A stretch of DNA of 50,422 nt, the filler included, from Jimgerdemannia flammicorona (Eukaryota): NCBI GenBank assembly GCA_003990765.1. It is 2 parts of 2 records of this genome, joined end to end, with 100 filler letters (N's around TTAATTAATTAA, not from the genome) between each part and the next. Parts side by side here need not be neighbours in the genome. Positions count along the whole stretch, not along the records: positions 1 to 25,166 come from RBNJ01000872.1; positions 25,267 to 50,422 come from RBNJ01000873.1. The stretch is one strand, 5' to 3'. This document shows, piece by piece, positions 21,565 through 33,217 of this stretch. The position numbers and the translations under genes were made by a program. The notes under the pieces were generated by a model, which made no database searches, had not been told where the DNA came from, and saw only the letters and a list, made by a program, of their open reading frames with translations. Numbering within the stretch: the first letter of the stretch is position 1; each line of letters opens with the position of its first letter.

Positions 21565-24500
21565 TTATTGTTGTTGTTGGTGGTCCCTGAATCCTGGCCG
21601 TAGCATAGGGTTGCTCGTAAGACACATTCCTTGTATGCAGTGTTCGAATTTTGGCCTCGGAAGGGCCTTCATAAGAGAATCCGCCATCATAGACTCTGTT
21701 GGCGTATATTCCAGGCGTATAGTACCGTTTTCCACGCATTCGCATATATAATGATGTTGAATGTCGATATGCTTAGTCCTTGCATGATGTAAAGGGTTCT
21801 TTGCTAATGCAATCGTAGATTGATTATCCTGTAAGATCAGCATAGAGTCTTGTTCCTGAGTATACCCTAATTCTTTTAGTAATTTCCATAGCCATATGGC
21901 TTCCTTAGTTGCTGTGGACAACGCTTGATATTCCGCTTGCGTAGAGGATGTGGCCACCGATGATTGCTTACGTGTTTGCCACGAGATAACCCCTTTGCCG
22001 ATATGGAAGAGATATCCGGTCGTAGAGCGCTGGTCGTCGAGGTCGCCGGCCCAATCGGCGTCGCAAGCTCCGGAGACATGCACGTGACTCCCGCTTTATC
22101 CTTTATCACCGCCCAAACTGAGCGTATAGTCTGCTGTTCCTTTGATGTACCTGAATATGCGCTTAATTGTCATCCAATGCGAGTTGTCATAGCATGAGGC
22201 GTACTGCGCCACTTTGTTTACTGCATAGGAGATGTCTGGTCGCGTTCCTTGCATAAGATACATAAGGGATCCCACCACTTATCTATAGGGGATGTTCTTG
22301 TCGGGCGTAGGGTCACTTTTCCTTAGCCTCGTCGTAGTTTCCATTGGTGTCGCCACTGGCTTACAATTGCTCATCCTGAATCGTTCAAGTACTTGCTTAG
22401 TGTAGGTGGCTTGGGATAGATGTATAGCACGCTTGTTTCTGTCACGTGTAATCGCTATCCCCAATAAGAAGGACACGTCGCCTAAGTCTGTCATCTCGAA
22501 TTCCTGGCATAGCATAGCTTTTACTTCATTAACTTGGCTCCTCTTGCCAATGATTATGATGTCATCGACCCATATCCCCAAGTATACCGTTCCTGAGGAT
22601 GTATGTCGCGTATATATGCATGGATCCGCTTCGCACTGCCGAAATCCGTTGTCAAGCAGATATTGATCGATCTTCCAATTCCATAGTCTCGCCGCTTGCT
22701 TGATTCCATATAACCCTTTACGTAGTTTGCATACGAGCTCTTTCCGCCCGTCGTATAGTTCGTATCCTTGCGGCTGTTGGACGTATAGTTCCGTATCTAC
22801 ATCACCGTTCAGGAACGCAGTCTTAACGTCCATCTGCTGTATTTCGTAATCGTACTCGGCGCCGATAGCCAGTAGTATGCATAGAGAAGTGAGCTTGAAT
22901 ACGGGAGAGAACTTCTCGTCGTAGTCTATGCCGTAATTCTGTGAATATCCCTTAGCAATGAAGCGTGCCTTGTACCGCTCTATGCTTCCATCGCTTTGAC
23001 GCTTAACTTTATATACCCAACGAGATCCTATAGCTTGACGATCCCTCGGAAGAGGTACTAGATCCCAAGTACCGTTGCTGATGAGCGAATTATACTCTTC
23101 ATTCATCGCTCGCTTCCACTCCTTGCTATCAGGGGAGGATACAGCTTTGTCATATGATCGTGGATCCACCGTTGTCAAGTATGTGCACTCGCAAGCGTAG
23201 TTCACATGATGCTTGTGTCGGGTCTTCGGAACATTCCAATAGTCTCCTAGATCTGTATCCAATGTCCTGGATTTGCGCTTTTGTTTACCTTTCGTAGATG
23301 GGAGAATCGTCTCCGCTTCACTAGTCTCATCATTGCTATCCCTTATCTCAGTTATCCTCGGTCCAGGAGGTGGCGAATGAATCCTCGCCAGGATAGGTGA
23401 CATTTTCGGGGGTGTCTTCAGGGGTGTGACTGGAGGACTTGCCGGAGGCGTAGTACTGGCCGCCGGAGGCGTAAGATTGATTGCCGGGGGCGTTCCCGGA
23501 AGCGTATGTGTAATCGTAGTCATCTTCTCAATATTCACGTGTGAATCCTGTATGCCGGGTTCCTTGAATGTAACGTCATGGGAGTTAACAATTCTCTGCT
23601 TCCTTGGATTCCACAGCCTATACGCTTTGCAACCGTTGCTATACCCGAGGAACACATGCTTAGTAGCCTTTGGATCAAACTTATCCTTATTTCCGCTTTT
23701 ATCTAGCACGTAGGCTTCGCTTCCGAATATGCGTAGATGTGAGATATCGGGCCGATTTCCACTCCATAGCTGATGTGGCGTAGCATTATCCTCGTTCCTG
23801 GATTGCTGATTGTTGCCACAAGCATCCTTGCTTAGAGCTTGAGAAATATACCTATTGCGTATATACACTGCCGTATTCACCGCTTTGGCCCAAAAGGGCT
23901 TCGATAGATCGGCCGCGTTGAGCATTGTACGGGCCATCTCTACTACCGTTCGGTTAAAACGCTCCGCTACGCCGTTCTGCTGAGGCGTATAGGGAGCCGT
24001 CGTTTGGTGTTTTATCCTGTGTCTCGTCAAGAAGTTCTTGAACTGATTATTAACGTACTCCTTGCCGTTATCTGAGCGTAGTGCTCGAATTTTACGTCCG
24101 GTCTTGTTTTCGACGATAGCCTTATATTCTCCGAATTTTTCCAAAGCTTCGCTCTTCGCCGCCATAAGGTATACGTAGACCTTGCGCATATAGTCGTCGA
24201 TGAATGTAATAAAATACTTCTTCCCGGAGTGTGATTTATTTCTCACAGGTCCCCATACATCTGAGTGTACCAAATCGAGTATCCCTGAGGCTCGTTTTGT
24301 CCGTTCCTGGAAGGGTTGTTGACAGGCCTTGTTCATCGTGCAATCATCACATGGCATATGGTCCGGGCATAAGTTGTCTGGGAGTCCGCTCACCAAACCG
24401 TTCCTTATCATACGTTCGAGGCTTGTCGGGCTGATATGTCCGAGTCTCCGGTGCCAGGTATACGCTACGCTGGTCGTTCCAGACCACGCTGCATTCACCG

Positions 24501-25166
24501 CAGCTACGCCACTTAGCGTTCCGTTTATTGCATATAAGTATCCATGCTTCCTGGTCGTTAATGCTTCTTTGCCATCGAGATCGTATATCTTCACGCCATC
24601 GCACGTTCCTGAGATTCGCTTATCCCCTCATGCTAGCGTTCGACCCATCGAGAAGAGGTTCTTTCCTATCCCTGGAGTGTACAGTACGTCCATAAAGGTC
24701 GCATAGGGTTCCTTAACGTTTCCATGCAAATACATGCCGACGTTGCCCTTCCCCTGAGTATATATAACCTTATTATCACCCAATCTGATATGCACGGGGT
24801 TGTCAAAGGGTTCGTACATAGAGAACCACTCGTGGTGTGAAGTCATATGCTGGGATGCGCCCGAATCTAGGAGCCAGATGTCCTCTTCGTCGCATGCAAT
24901 ATTAGCGCTCGGTGTATACTCGTCTCTGGCGCTGGCGCACATGCTGTTTACGTCACCGCCACTTTTCGCACCTTGAAAAGTATTCCGAATGTCGGGTTCC
25001 GTAGATGTCGAGCAAGCGCATTTGCAGGTAGAACTGGCGCTGGTGGATGTAGAACTAGATCTCGTAGATGTCGGGGTGGCTTGCGCATTTTTCACCGGTC
25101 CAAAAGGGTCTGAATCTACATCAGCGAAGAACAATCCTCCCTTATCGGCGTTAGAATCTGCGCTAT
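21565..25166 (-). pseudogene. Copia pol polyprotein with three in-frame stops
   Basis: WLLDSGASQHMT; WHRRLGH...CDDC; HSDVWGP, RSDNGKEY, QNGVAER; QMDVKTAFLNG, WVDDII; CDADWAGD. Stops at 24628, 22279 and 22096 lie in one frame. Confidence 0.93.
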
Positions 25167-25266
25167 NNNNNNNNNNNNNNNNNNNNNNNNNNNNNNNNNN
25201 NNNNNNNNNNTTAATTAATTAANNNNNNNNNNNNNNNNNNNNNNNNNNNNNNNNNNNNNNNNNNNN
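25167..25266. other. Artificial gap/contig spacer: 44 N + TTAATTAATTAA + 44 N
   Basis: Symmetric N runs around a linker with stops in all six frames. Confidence 0.97.
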
Positions 25267-25413
25267 TTTTTTTAATATACAGCCATATATAGTACTAAGA
25301 AATAACATTTTCAAAGTAGCTGCCTCAATTGAGATACCGCGTAAGGGCACATAAATTTTTGACCTCGGGACCGCGTATACCTCACTGCGAGTTAATTCAC
25401 TACAGTATTTTAT

Positions 25414-27977
25414 ATGAGGTTCCCCCCAACTCTGATAGCACCGGCACTCTCCACGGAGACATCGACGGCGACAATGTTATTATTGCCAAACCAATCTGCG
25501 CAGACAGGTGATTGCAGTCCAAAAGCGAATCGCACAAGTCAAGAAAACTCCAACAACACCAATCACCCTACCGACTTTACGCAAATTATCCCGCCAGGCA
25601 TCACCCCCGCAACATTTGCCTCGCATACCACTACCCTGCGTACTTCGCTCCTTAACGTCCTCCCAACCTGGCCGCATGACACTCATCTCTTAATGTCACC
25701 GTACCCAATCTACACCCCTCCTCACCGGCTGGCTGAAATCCACACCCTTTATAGCGCTCTACACCCCGCACTTCTCGGACTCGTAAAGGCATGGTGGACC
25801 AGGCCGGAACTATACCTTTCCATTCCCGTCCCCGAGAAAATCGAGAGGGTATTGAGAAGGCTAGAAGATATAAGGAAGTTCGAGAGAGTTGGGAGTATTA
25901 GACCGGATTTTATTGTGCCGGAGAAGCAGGGAGAGTCGGTGCGGATATGCGAGATAAATGCGAGATTTATGTTTAATGGGTATTTCACAGGGACATTGCA
26001 TGGAGAGGGGATAGAAGATGCAGGGAGGGGATGGTGTAAAGACAAAGGATACTCGGTTGGTGGTGATGTGGTATGTATTCATTCTCTCCCAGTTCACTCC
26101 ATGCTGGTCTGAACATATAGGCTTTTTCTCGTAGCTATACACTGGCTCTCTATTATCACCAACTAACATTCACCGCTTTCTGTAGGAGGAATTGAAGAAG
26201 CACTTTAGCACACTGTTCGACTCAAACAAACCTATCGCCCTCGTGACAGGCAGAGAAAACCGAGCTCCCTGGGATCTCGACATCGTATGCCACATGTATC
26301 CCACCTCTCGCATCGTCGCTTCCGGTGACCTCCATCTTGTTCGACCCACCACGGAGCACGGAGTTGACACAGTAGTCCTCGCGGATTCTCATGGTCCGCT
26401 CAACCAATTCCTGCTTGAGCTACACCAAGATGAGATTGAGTTGCTAGATGAAGAGGTTTTATTTGAGTTGGGTAAACATTGCTGGAATGATCTGAGGACA
26501 ATATATTTGATTCACGATAAGCGCATTTTGGGTCTCATCCGCCGAGAGCTCAAGTGGCTTGTTGACACTGGCAAAATTACGAGAGAGCATGCCGAAATAT
26601 TGAGGAATGGATTGGCGGAGACGTATATTCTCGATGAAGCAATGTGCCAGGATCTCTTGACGAATATGAAGTCTGGGGATAAAGACCAGTGGACGCTGAA
26701 GAAGGCCAGATCGGGAAAGGGGGATGGAATGATGTTCGGGAAGGACATGGATGATGGGACGTGGAGGGGGTTAATTGAGAGGTATTCGGCGAGCGCAGGA
26801 AAGGTCGGTGAGGAGGCTACGGTGCCGTACGTGTTGCAGAGGTATGTGAGGAGTAAAAGGCTGGATTTATTCATTCATGATACGAGTGCAGGAAAGAATG
26901 TGATGATGAAGAGAGTGAGGTGGAACGTTGTCGGTATGGTGCTGTGTATCGACAGAATCTTGTTTCCGAATACCATGTGGCGAGCCAATCAGACTGATAT
27001 TGTGGCCCTGGGGAGGTCGGGGCAGGCGTTTGCCGGTGTGGGGATGAGAGAAGAAATGAGGACATTTACGGTGCCGGCGACACGAAGGGAACTCGTACCA
27101 TTAAGGAAGCTAGTATTGCCTTCAGGAGCGCGAGTCCAGGCTCCCGTAAAAGATGGCCATGCAAAGCAAGCTGAACAGGTGAAGAGGGCGCTGGAGAAGG
27201 ATGGGTTGGCGGTGGTCGATCTTGGATTTGAGGATAAGGACAGCGCATATATGGTGGCGTTAACAGGCATGTTGGGCAAGCCACTCGATCATTCATCGAA
27301 GCAGGGCATTTTGTGGGATGTGAGGCCAGTGGAGGGACTGCATGCAGGGAATGCGGCCAGATCTGAGACGATGGAGCCATTCCCGTGGCATACAGTATGT
27401 ATAGTTTTCCCACATCAAGTGCATATGCAAAACGGTAGCCAATGATAATAATCTTGCTGTTTCTCTGCGATTCCAGGACTGTTCTTTCGAATGCGCTCCA
27501 CCACGCTACTTCGCCTTACACATCCTCCATCGAGACCGCTTCGGTGGCGGCAACCTTCGCCTCCTCCATGTTGATTCCCTGCTTCCCAATCTCTCGTCCA
27601 CCACAATGGAAACCCTTCGCCTGCCTCAGTTCAAGCTTCTGGTTCCCAAGGAATTTCGCAAAGACGTCGGCTACATCGTTGGTTCGCTTCTCATGACCGA
27701 CCCTTTCACGGGCCACCAGAAACTCCGCTATAGAAGAGAGATTATTGAGCCGCTGAGTGTTGAGGCGGAAAAGGCGTTGATGGAACTGGAGGAGTGGTTG
27801 GGGAGGGTTGATGCAGCTGGGGAACATGGTCCAGTAAGGGTTCTGGGGGACGACGTGATGAGGAATGGCACAGTGGTGTTGTTGGATAATATGAGGTGGT
27901 TGCATGCGAGGAGTCCCGTGAGAGATCCGCAGAGATGGTTGAGGAGGGTGAGGTGGGCGCCGGAAAGGTTTGAGTAG
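25414..27977 (+). CDS. ATP-grasp-like ligase fused to a TauD/TfdA-family Fe(II)/2-oxoglutarate dioxygenase; exons 25414-26070, 26186-27394, 27477-27977, ~788 aa
   Basis: Phase-0 introns GTATGT...CTAAC...TAG and GTATGT...CAG join three ORFs; splicing builds FPWHT|DCSFE (HxD). Distal LLDNMRWLHAR and RWLRR. N-terminal RPDF, ICEINAR, HDKRIL, LKKARSGKGDG, YVLQRY. The start codon is not certain. Confidence 0.88.
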
Positions 27978-28306
27978 GTGCAATGGGGAATTGTGCAGTT
28001 GTTGAAGTCATTTCTTTCATCGTCTATTTGATTCAACTTTCACCTCCAGTTGTATTATATCAATTCAGTCCTTTGGGAATGTATCCTCAGTGTAGATCTG
28101 AATAGCGTATGATCATGAATACAGATTGGGACGAAATGAGAACCTCTACGAGGGAGCCTGCACATAAGTAGCTCACATGACTAGCAGGCAGTTTGCGTTG
28201 TGATGAAAATGGTCTATCCATCGTTCAGCTTAAACGAGGCACTTATTGAGTAGCCAGTCATGCGCCTGTCGAGGTTCCACCCCGAACACAGATCAACGTT
28301 ATGTCC

Positions 28307-30262
28307 CACAAGTTTACAATATCTGAATCTTGGAAGTATGTTAAAATAAGTATATTAAAGTTTAGCATTCATCTGTTTAGTATTTTTATTAATAGCTATA
28401 TATTTTTTCATATTTCTTTGTAGAAAATAGACTTAATAATTATGGAGTCAGTATATTAGCTGAAGCACTGAAAATGAATACAACTCTACAACATTTGAAT
28501 CTTGGAAGTATGTTGAAATAAAGTATATTAAAGTATATATTCATTATTTTGATATTTTAACTAATAATTATATATATTATATATATTTCTGTAGAAAATT
28601 GTATTGGTAGTAATGGAGTTGAGATATTAGCCAAAGCATTAAAATTCAACACAAGCTTACAAAGTCTGAATATTGAGAGTATGTTAAAATAAAGTATATT
28701 TCATTTATCAGTTTAGTATTTTATCTGATAAATATATATATATTACACATTTCTTTATAGTGTAACATGCCTGGCTCAATAGAGGCAGATTACAAGGTTG
28801 GGGGTTGATGTAGTTTGGCTTGAGCCCCCAGTTACTTTGTTAAAAGCAACAAAATGCTCTTGGTGTTTAGTGGTATAATAATCAAAGCTGGATATCTGCA
28901 AGTGATTTGTGTGTCGATTTCCTTATTGGGATGGTTCTCTGGGTGTAGCAGTGATTTGTGGTGGATAATTTCTGTGTAGTGCGACGATCTCTGGTAATTT
29001 AGTGGTTTCCTTCTTGAGTGACGATCTGGCAATTTAGCAGTTTTCCTTCTTGGGTGACGGGCGATCTCTGCATGACGATCTTGTGTAGCGTGGTGGGTTC
29101 CTTATGCGTGATGATCTGACGATTTAGCAGTTTCCTTATGCGATTTCTGCGTGACGATCTCCATATAGCGCGATGATCTCCAAAAGTATGCAATTTCTGG
29201 GTGACGGTTTTGTTTCCAAAAGGTATGCGATTTCTGGCGGATGACTTGATTTGGCGCAGGTTCACTGGGAATAGAGGATGGTGCGGATTCTTCTGAATCG
29301 GCTCACTGGGAATAATACTGGCAGCGGGTTCTCTGAATCGGGCTCACTGGGAACAAACTAATAACTCGGGTGGCGTGGATTCTTCCTGAATCGGCGGGGT
29401 TCTTCTGGGAATATCGGACAATTTCGGATATCATGGATTCTTCCTGAATCGGTGGAGTTCTGGGAATAATACTCGGGTTCTTAGCAAGTTATGTCAAGGA
29501 CTGGCTTCGTTTGCGCGAACATATCACTGCGAAGTTGCGTCTAGAGACTGGCTTGTGGCAAGGTTCCTTAAGGCTCTCTGGGAATGCAGATAACTTGGAA
29601 ATGGCGGCTTATTCCTTAAGCGGCGGATTACTCAAATGGCGGCGAAGTTCTTTACTCGAACTTGGGCAGCAAATCTTCAGGCTTATCTGGCAAGCGAACC
29701 AAAACGTAGCGGCTTATTCCTTAAGCAGCGGATTTCTCTTCAAAAGGCAGCGAAGTTCTTCACTTGAACTTGGTGGCAAACTTCAGGCTTATCTGGCAAG
29801 CGAACCAATCAATCTTTGTATCAGAAAGTGGACCAGAGTGGAAAGGAGACCAATGCTCAATCTTTAGAGGCTTCTTTGGTTTGTATTTCGGACTGAGGTT
29901 TATTCACTCTTGTCTCTGGGGTATTTTATACATTGTGGTTGCTATCTGGTTGCTATGTGGCTAACTATAGATTTGCTACTTATGGCAAGTTGTGCAGGTC
30001 CAGCACAGGTGTGCAGGTCCAGCACAGGTGTGCAGGTCCTGCACAGATATACCTTATCTGGTAGTCTGACTATTTATACAGTTTTCCACAGCAATGGTTG
30101 CTGTGTCTGGTTACTATACTATGTATTCATGTTATCTGAGTTATAATTCAAGTGGTACGTTTTGGTGTGTTACAATAGATAGTACAATTACTGAGTATGA
30201 AGTCAGTGCACTAGCTGAAATATTGAAAATAAACACAAGTCTGCAAAATCTGAATCTTGAAA
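28307..30262 (+). pseudogene. Fragment of an RI-type (NLRC3-like) leucine-rich-repeat gene, one 84-nt exon per 28-aa repeat
   Basis: Phase-1 exons 28424-28507 (NRLNNYGVSILAEALKMNTTLQHLNLG), 28595-28678 (NCIGSNGVEILAKALKFNTSLQSLNIE) and 30179-30262 (STITEYEVSALAEILKINTSLQNLNLE), plus partial 28307-28335. Mutually similar introns all start GTATGTT. Confidence 0.88.
28761..30174 (-). mobile_element. Solo LTR or non-autonomous LTR-like insertion, 1414 bp
   Basis: Termini TGTAACA...TGTTACA; 4-bp TSD ATAG on both sides; internal repeats; TATA-like and AATAAA signals on the minus strand; no credible ORF. Confidence 0.85.
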
Positions 30263-30669
30263 GTATGTTAAAATGAAGTATATTAAAGATTTATATTTAT
30301 CTGTATAGTATTTTAGCTGATAATTATATTTATATTAAATATATTTCTATCAATATTATTTGCTGAATTTCAGGCTATCATATACATCATATATTGAAAT
30401 AAATCATATTAAGTTTTTGAATTCAACTGTTTAAGATTCTGACTTTATACTTTATATATTCTTTAATCTTGGTGAAAATGGAATCAGTAAACTAGGCATA
30501 CCATTGAAAATGCCAAACAGCCTGCTTCAATACTACCCATCAAAGATGCCTCAAAGCACTCTATTGCCTTCTTCCAATAATTTTTGTTTTTGTCCCCCCC
30601 TTTGCCATAAATGTATATTCATACTAACTTTATAATGAAATTAAATATTCTATTTGACAGAACCAATTG

Positions 30670-30828
30670 GGTGCACCATCATGTGACCGATTTGGGCGCA
30701 TAGATCATGTGACCGATTTGGGCGCATAGTGGTGCACCATCATGTGACCGATTTGGGCACATAGTGGTGCGACCGTTTTGGGCGCACAGTCATGTGATTA
30801 ATTTGGGCACACAGTCATGTGACAGATT
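30670..30828. repeat. Tandem repeat, core CATGTGACCGATTTGGGCGCATAG
   Basis: About 5-6 degenerate adjacent copies with no unique spacers. Confidence 0.85.
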
Positions 30829-31015
30829 TCTGAGGTTGCTGCGACTCATATATATTGTGTCTGGCTATCTGCCTCAATAATAACATTTCCCTTTTTATCA
30901 TGGGTTATATATTGTGTCTGGCTATCTGCCATGATAATAATATTTTCCTCTTTATTTATTTTTTCATAAGTTATATATCATTCTCTTTTATTATTTTATT
31001 TTATAGATTATATAT

Positions 31016-33086
31016 TGTAAGTGCACAACCTCCAAGCCACTGAAATCACATGTCACCCTCTGAACAAGCCACTGAAATCACATGCGACCTCCAAACAAAT
31101 CTGGAAATCACCTGCCTGATCACAAAGCTGAGTCAAACTGAAGTCACAGTGTACAAAGCTGAGTTAACACAAAGTCACAAAATACAAGATTTACAGAAAC
31201 GGAATCTTACCAATCAGGACTAAATGCATATATACTGAGTACTGAGACATATCAAAATAAGAGAACCAAAACAAACAACAACTACAACTTCCAAACACAC
31301 AAATATGACCACCAAGATCTACAACTGTATCCATGCTGACATTTGGAATGCTATTATCAACCAAGCTACACCCCCTCTGCCCCTCATGAATATCTATAGC
31401 CTAGCACCCCTCTACTTCGTGGAAGCCCAATGGAATGTCCTGAACATACTTAATGAGGCCCACTGGATCCGACAAATCTCAAGCTACTACCAGATCAGCC
31501 GCCTCCTGGAAGACATGGTTGAATACCACTATGATACAGACATTACCCAGATGGCTCAACACCAGAAGCTCATTGCTTGCAAATACAGAGAACTCTTCTA
31601 TGAGTATAGCACCTTTATTCCCCACCTCTGAGTTACTACCAGTGAAATGGTCGCTACCCTGTCCTATGGCCAAATCGATAACATAATACAAGAACTCAAT
31701 CATAAGTACCTTGAGTATGTCCAGACCACAGACAGAACCTTCCTGCACCCTGATGACCACATCCTGCAAATGCCCCAAGTCAGATATGCTATAAAGGACA
31801 TCTATGATATAATCCACTTCGACAAAGATAAAGCAGAAGACAATAATCCCTCTGATGCTGACATGACCTCAAGCCAAGAATCCCTGCCAACTCTGATCAC
31901 ACTGCCAACTTTGCCAATGAACTTACAACAGTTCATAACTGCATATGAGACTTATTGGGACAATGACCACTGGCACGAATACCAACCCATGTTCACCCCT
32001 GATTACTTCAACTACAATGAAGAGACCAGAGAACACAACCTATACCTTCAGACAACCCTTGAGATCAAACCAACCACTCCACCACCTAAGTATGAGTAAC
32101 ATAAACCACAGCCACCAGCTTACTACAACCCCATGACTCATAGTGCTATAACCTATAGAAGGTATACAGATAGCGAATCTGATGAAAGCAAAGATGATGC
32201 ACCCCTCCTTTGTCCACCAACACCTTACCCAGCATATGAGACTGATGATGCCATCTTATAGGATGGAGACGAAGTCCCAATGTATTACTACCTCAGTGAA
32301 CAAGGAGAAGTAATCTGCGAACCACTCTTCCTGGATGACTACTTCATCAGAGATGATGCAATCGATGGTGATGTCATTGAAGACTACCCAGACAGTACCT
32401 AAACCATAAATAGCTTAGCAGTCATAGTATAGTTAGATTAGTCTTGTACAACATGACTGTAAACTGACTCAGCAGTCAGATGATCTCTTGATATATCAGA
32501 TCACTCTTGTACTATGTGACTGCATTCCGACTCAGCAAGGCACTTAGCACTACATCCATATTCAGCATAGTCCAGATAGCCCCTCACTAGTATAAATACC
32601 CCCTCCCCCAGATCTCAGAATCTCAGACTTAAATAGACTCAAACACACAAGAACATTCCTGAACACTTCCCCACAATATCTCTTTACATAACTACTCCTA
32701 GTATAGCAATATCATGAATAGCGAATAAACCTATTAATAACCCACAAACCACTCTTAAGTAAATCTGCTCCCTGTTAGGTCCCACTCCTAACCCCATCAC
32801 GAAATTTTCTAATTGGGTATTGTCTGCAGCGATACACCAATTCAACTAAGCTGGTCTTAGTTTCTTGAACTTCCTGAAATACAGAAAATTCTGAACATCC
32901 AGAACTAGTCTGAAAAAGGACTTTGGTTGAGACATCAACCTGATCCTGAAATCAATAAGTATAGAGGACATACTCCATATGAAATTGATCTTGACCTTAA
33001 GAAAACAGTCTTCCAGAACATCCAGAACTTCCAGAAAACCCTTCCAGAACTACATAATGGTTACCCTAAAAAGCAACCCTCTTACA
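31016..33086 (+). mobile_element. 2071-bp solo LTR-like element containing an ORF
   Basis: Termini TGTAAG...CTTACA; TSD TATAT on both sides; TATAAATA at ~32590 and AATAAA at ~32724. Its last ~140 bp recur inverted at 50282-50422. Confidence 0.85.
31305..32402 (+). pseudogene. ~365-codon ORF of unknown function inside the LTR-like element (three in-frame stops)
   Basis: ORFs 31305-31631 and 31647-32099 and the following sequence to TAA 32400-32402 share one frame; acidic, Pro/Tyr-rich tail. Confidence 0.75.
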
Positions 33087-33217
33087 TATATTATATCTGG
33101 GATGATTCTACTCTTTATTAATTTATTTTATTAGTTATATTGTATCTGGCTATCTGCTTTGACAATTTTATTACAGATTAACTGACATATTAATCTTCTA
33201 TCATTCTAATTATATAG

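Larger units (their letters stand above)
21064..25166 (-). mobile_element. Ty1/Copia retrotransposon, relatively young, 5' part cut by the gap
   Basis: PR-IN-RT-RH order; PPT TTGAGCGGGAG (21227-21237); LTR TGTTGAG...TTTTACA; most CpGs retained. Confidence 0.96.

Noticed and set aside
21362..21745. 127-aa ORF after Copia RNase H as an extra gene
   Set aside because: Mostly an alternative frame of RNase H running into the 3' UTR; no supporting motif.
29511..29867. 118-aa ORF in the 1.4-kb LTR
   Set aside because: Arises from an internal ~105-bp duplication; no ATG and no domain.
30670..30828. CRISPR-like array
   Set aside because: Adjacent degenerate repeats without unique spacers, no cas genes, eukaryotic DNA.
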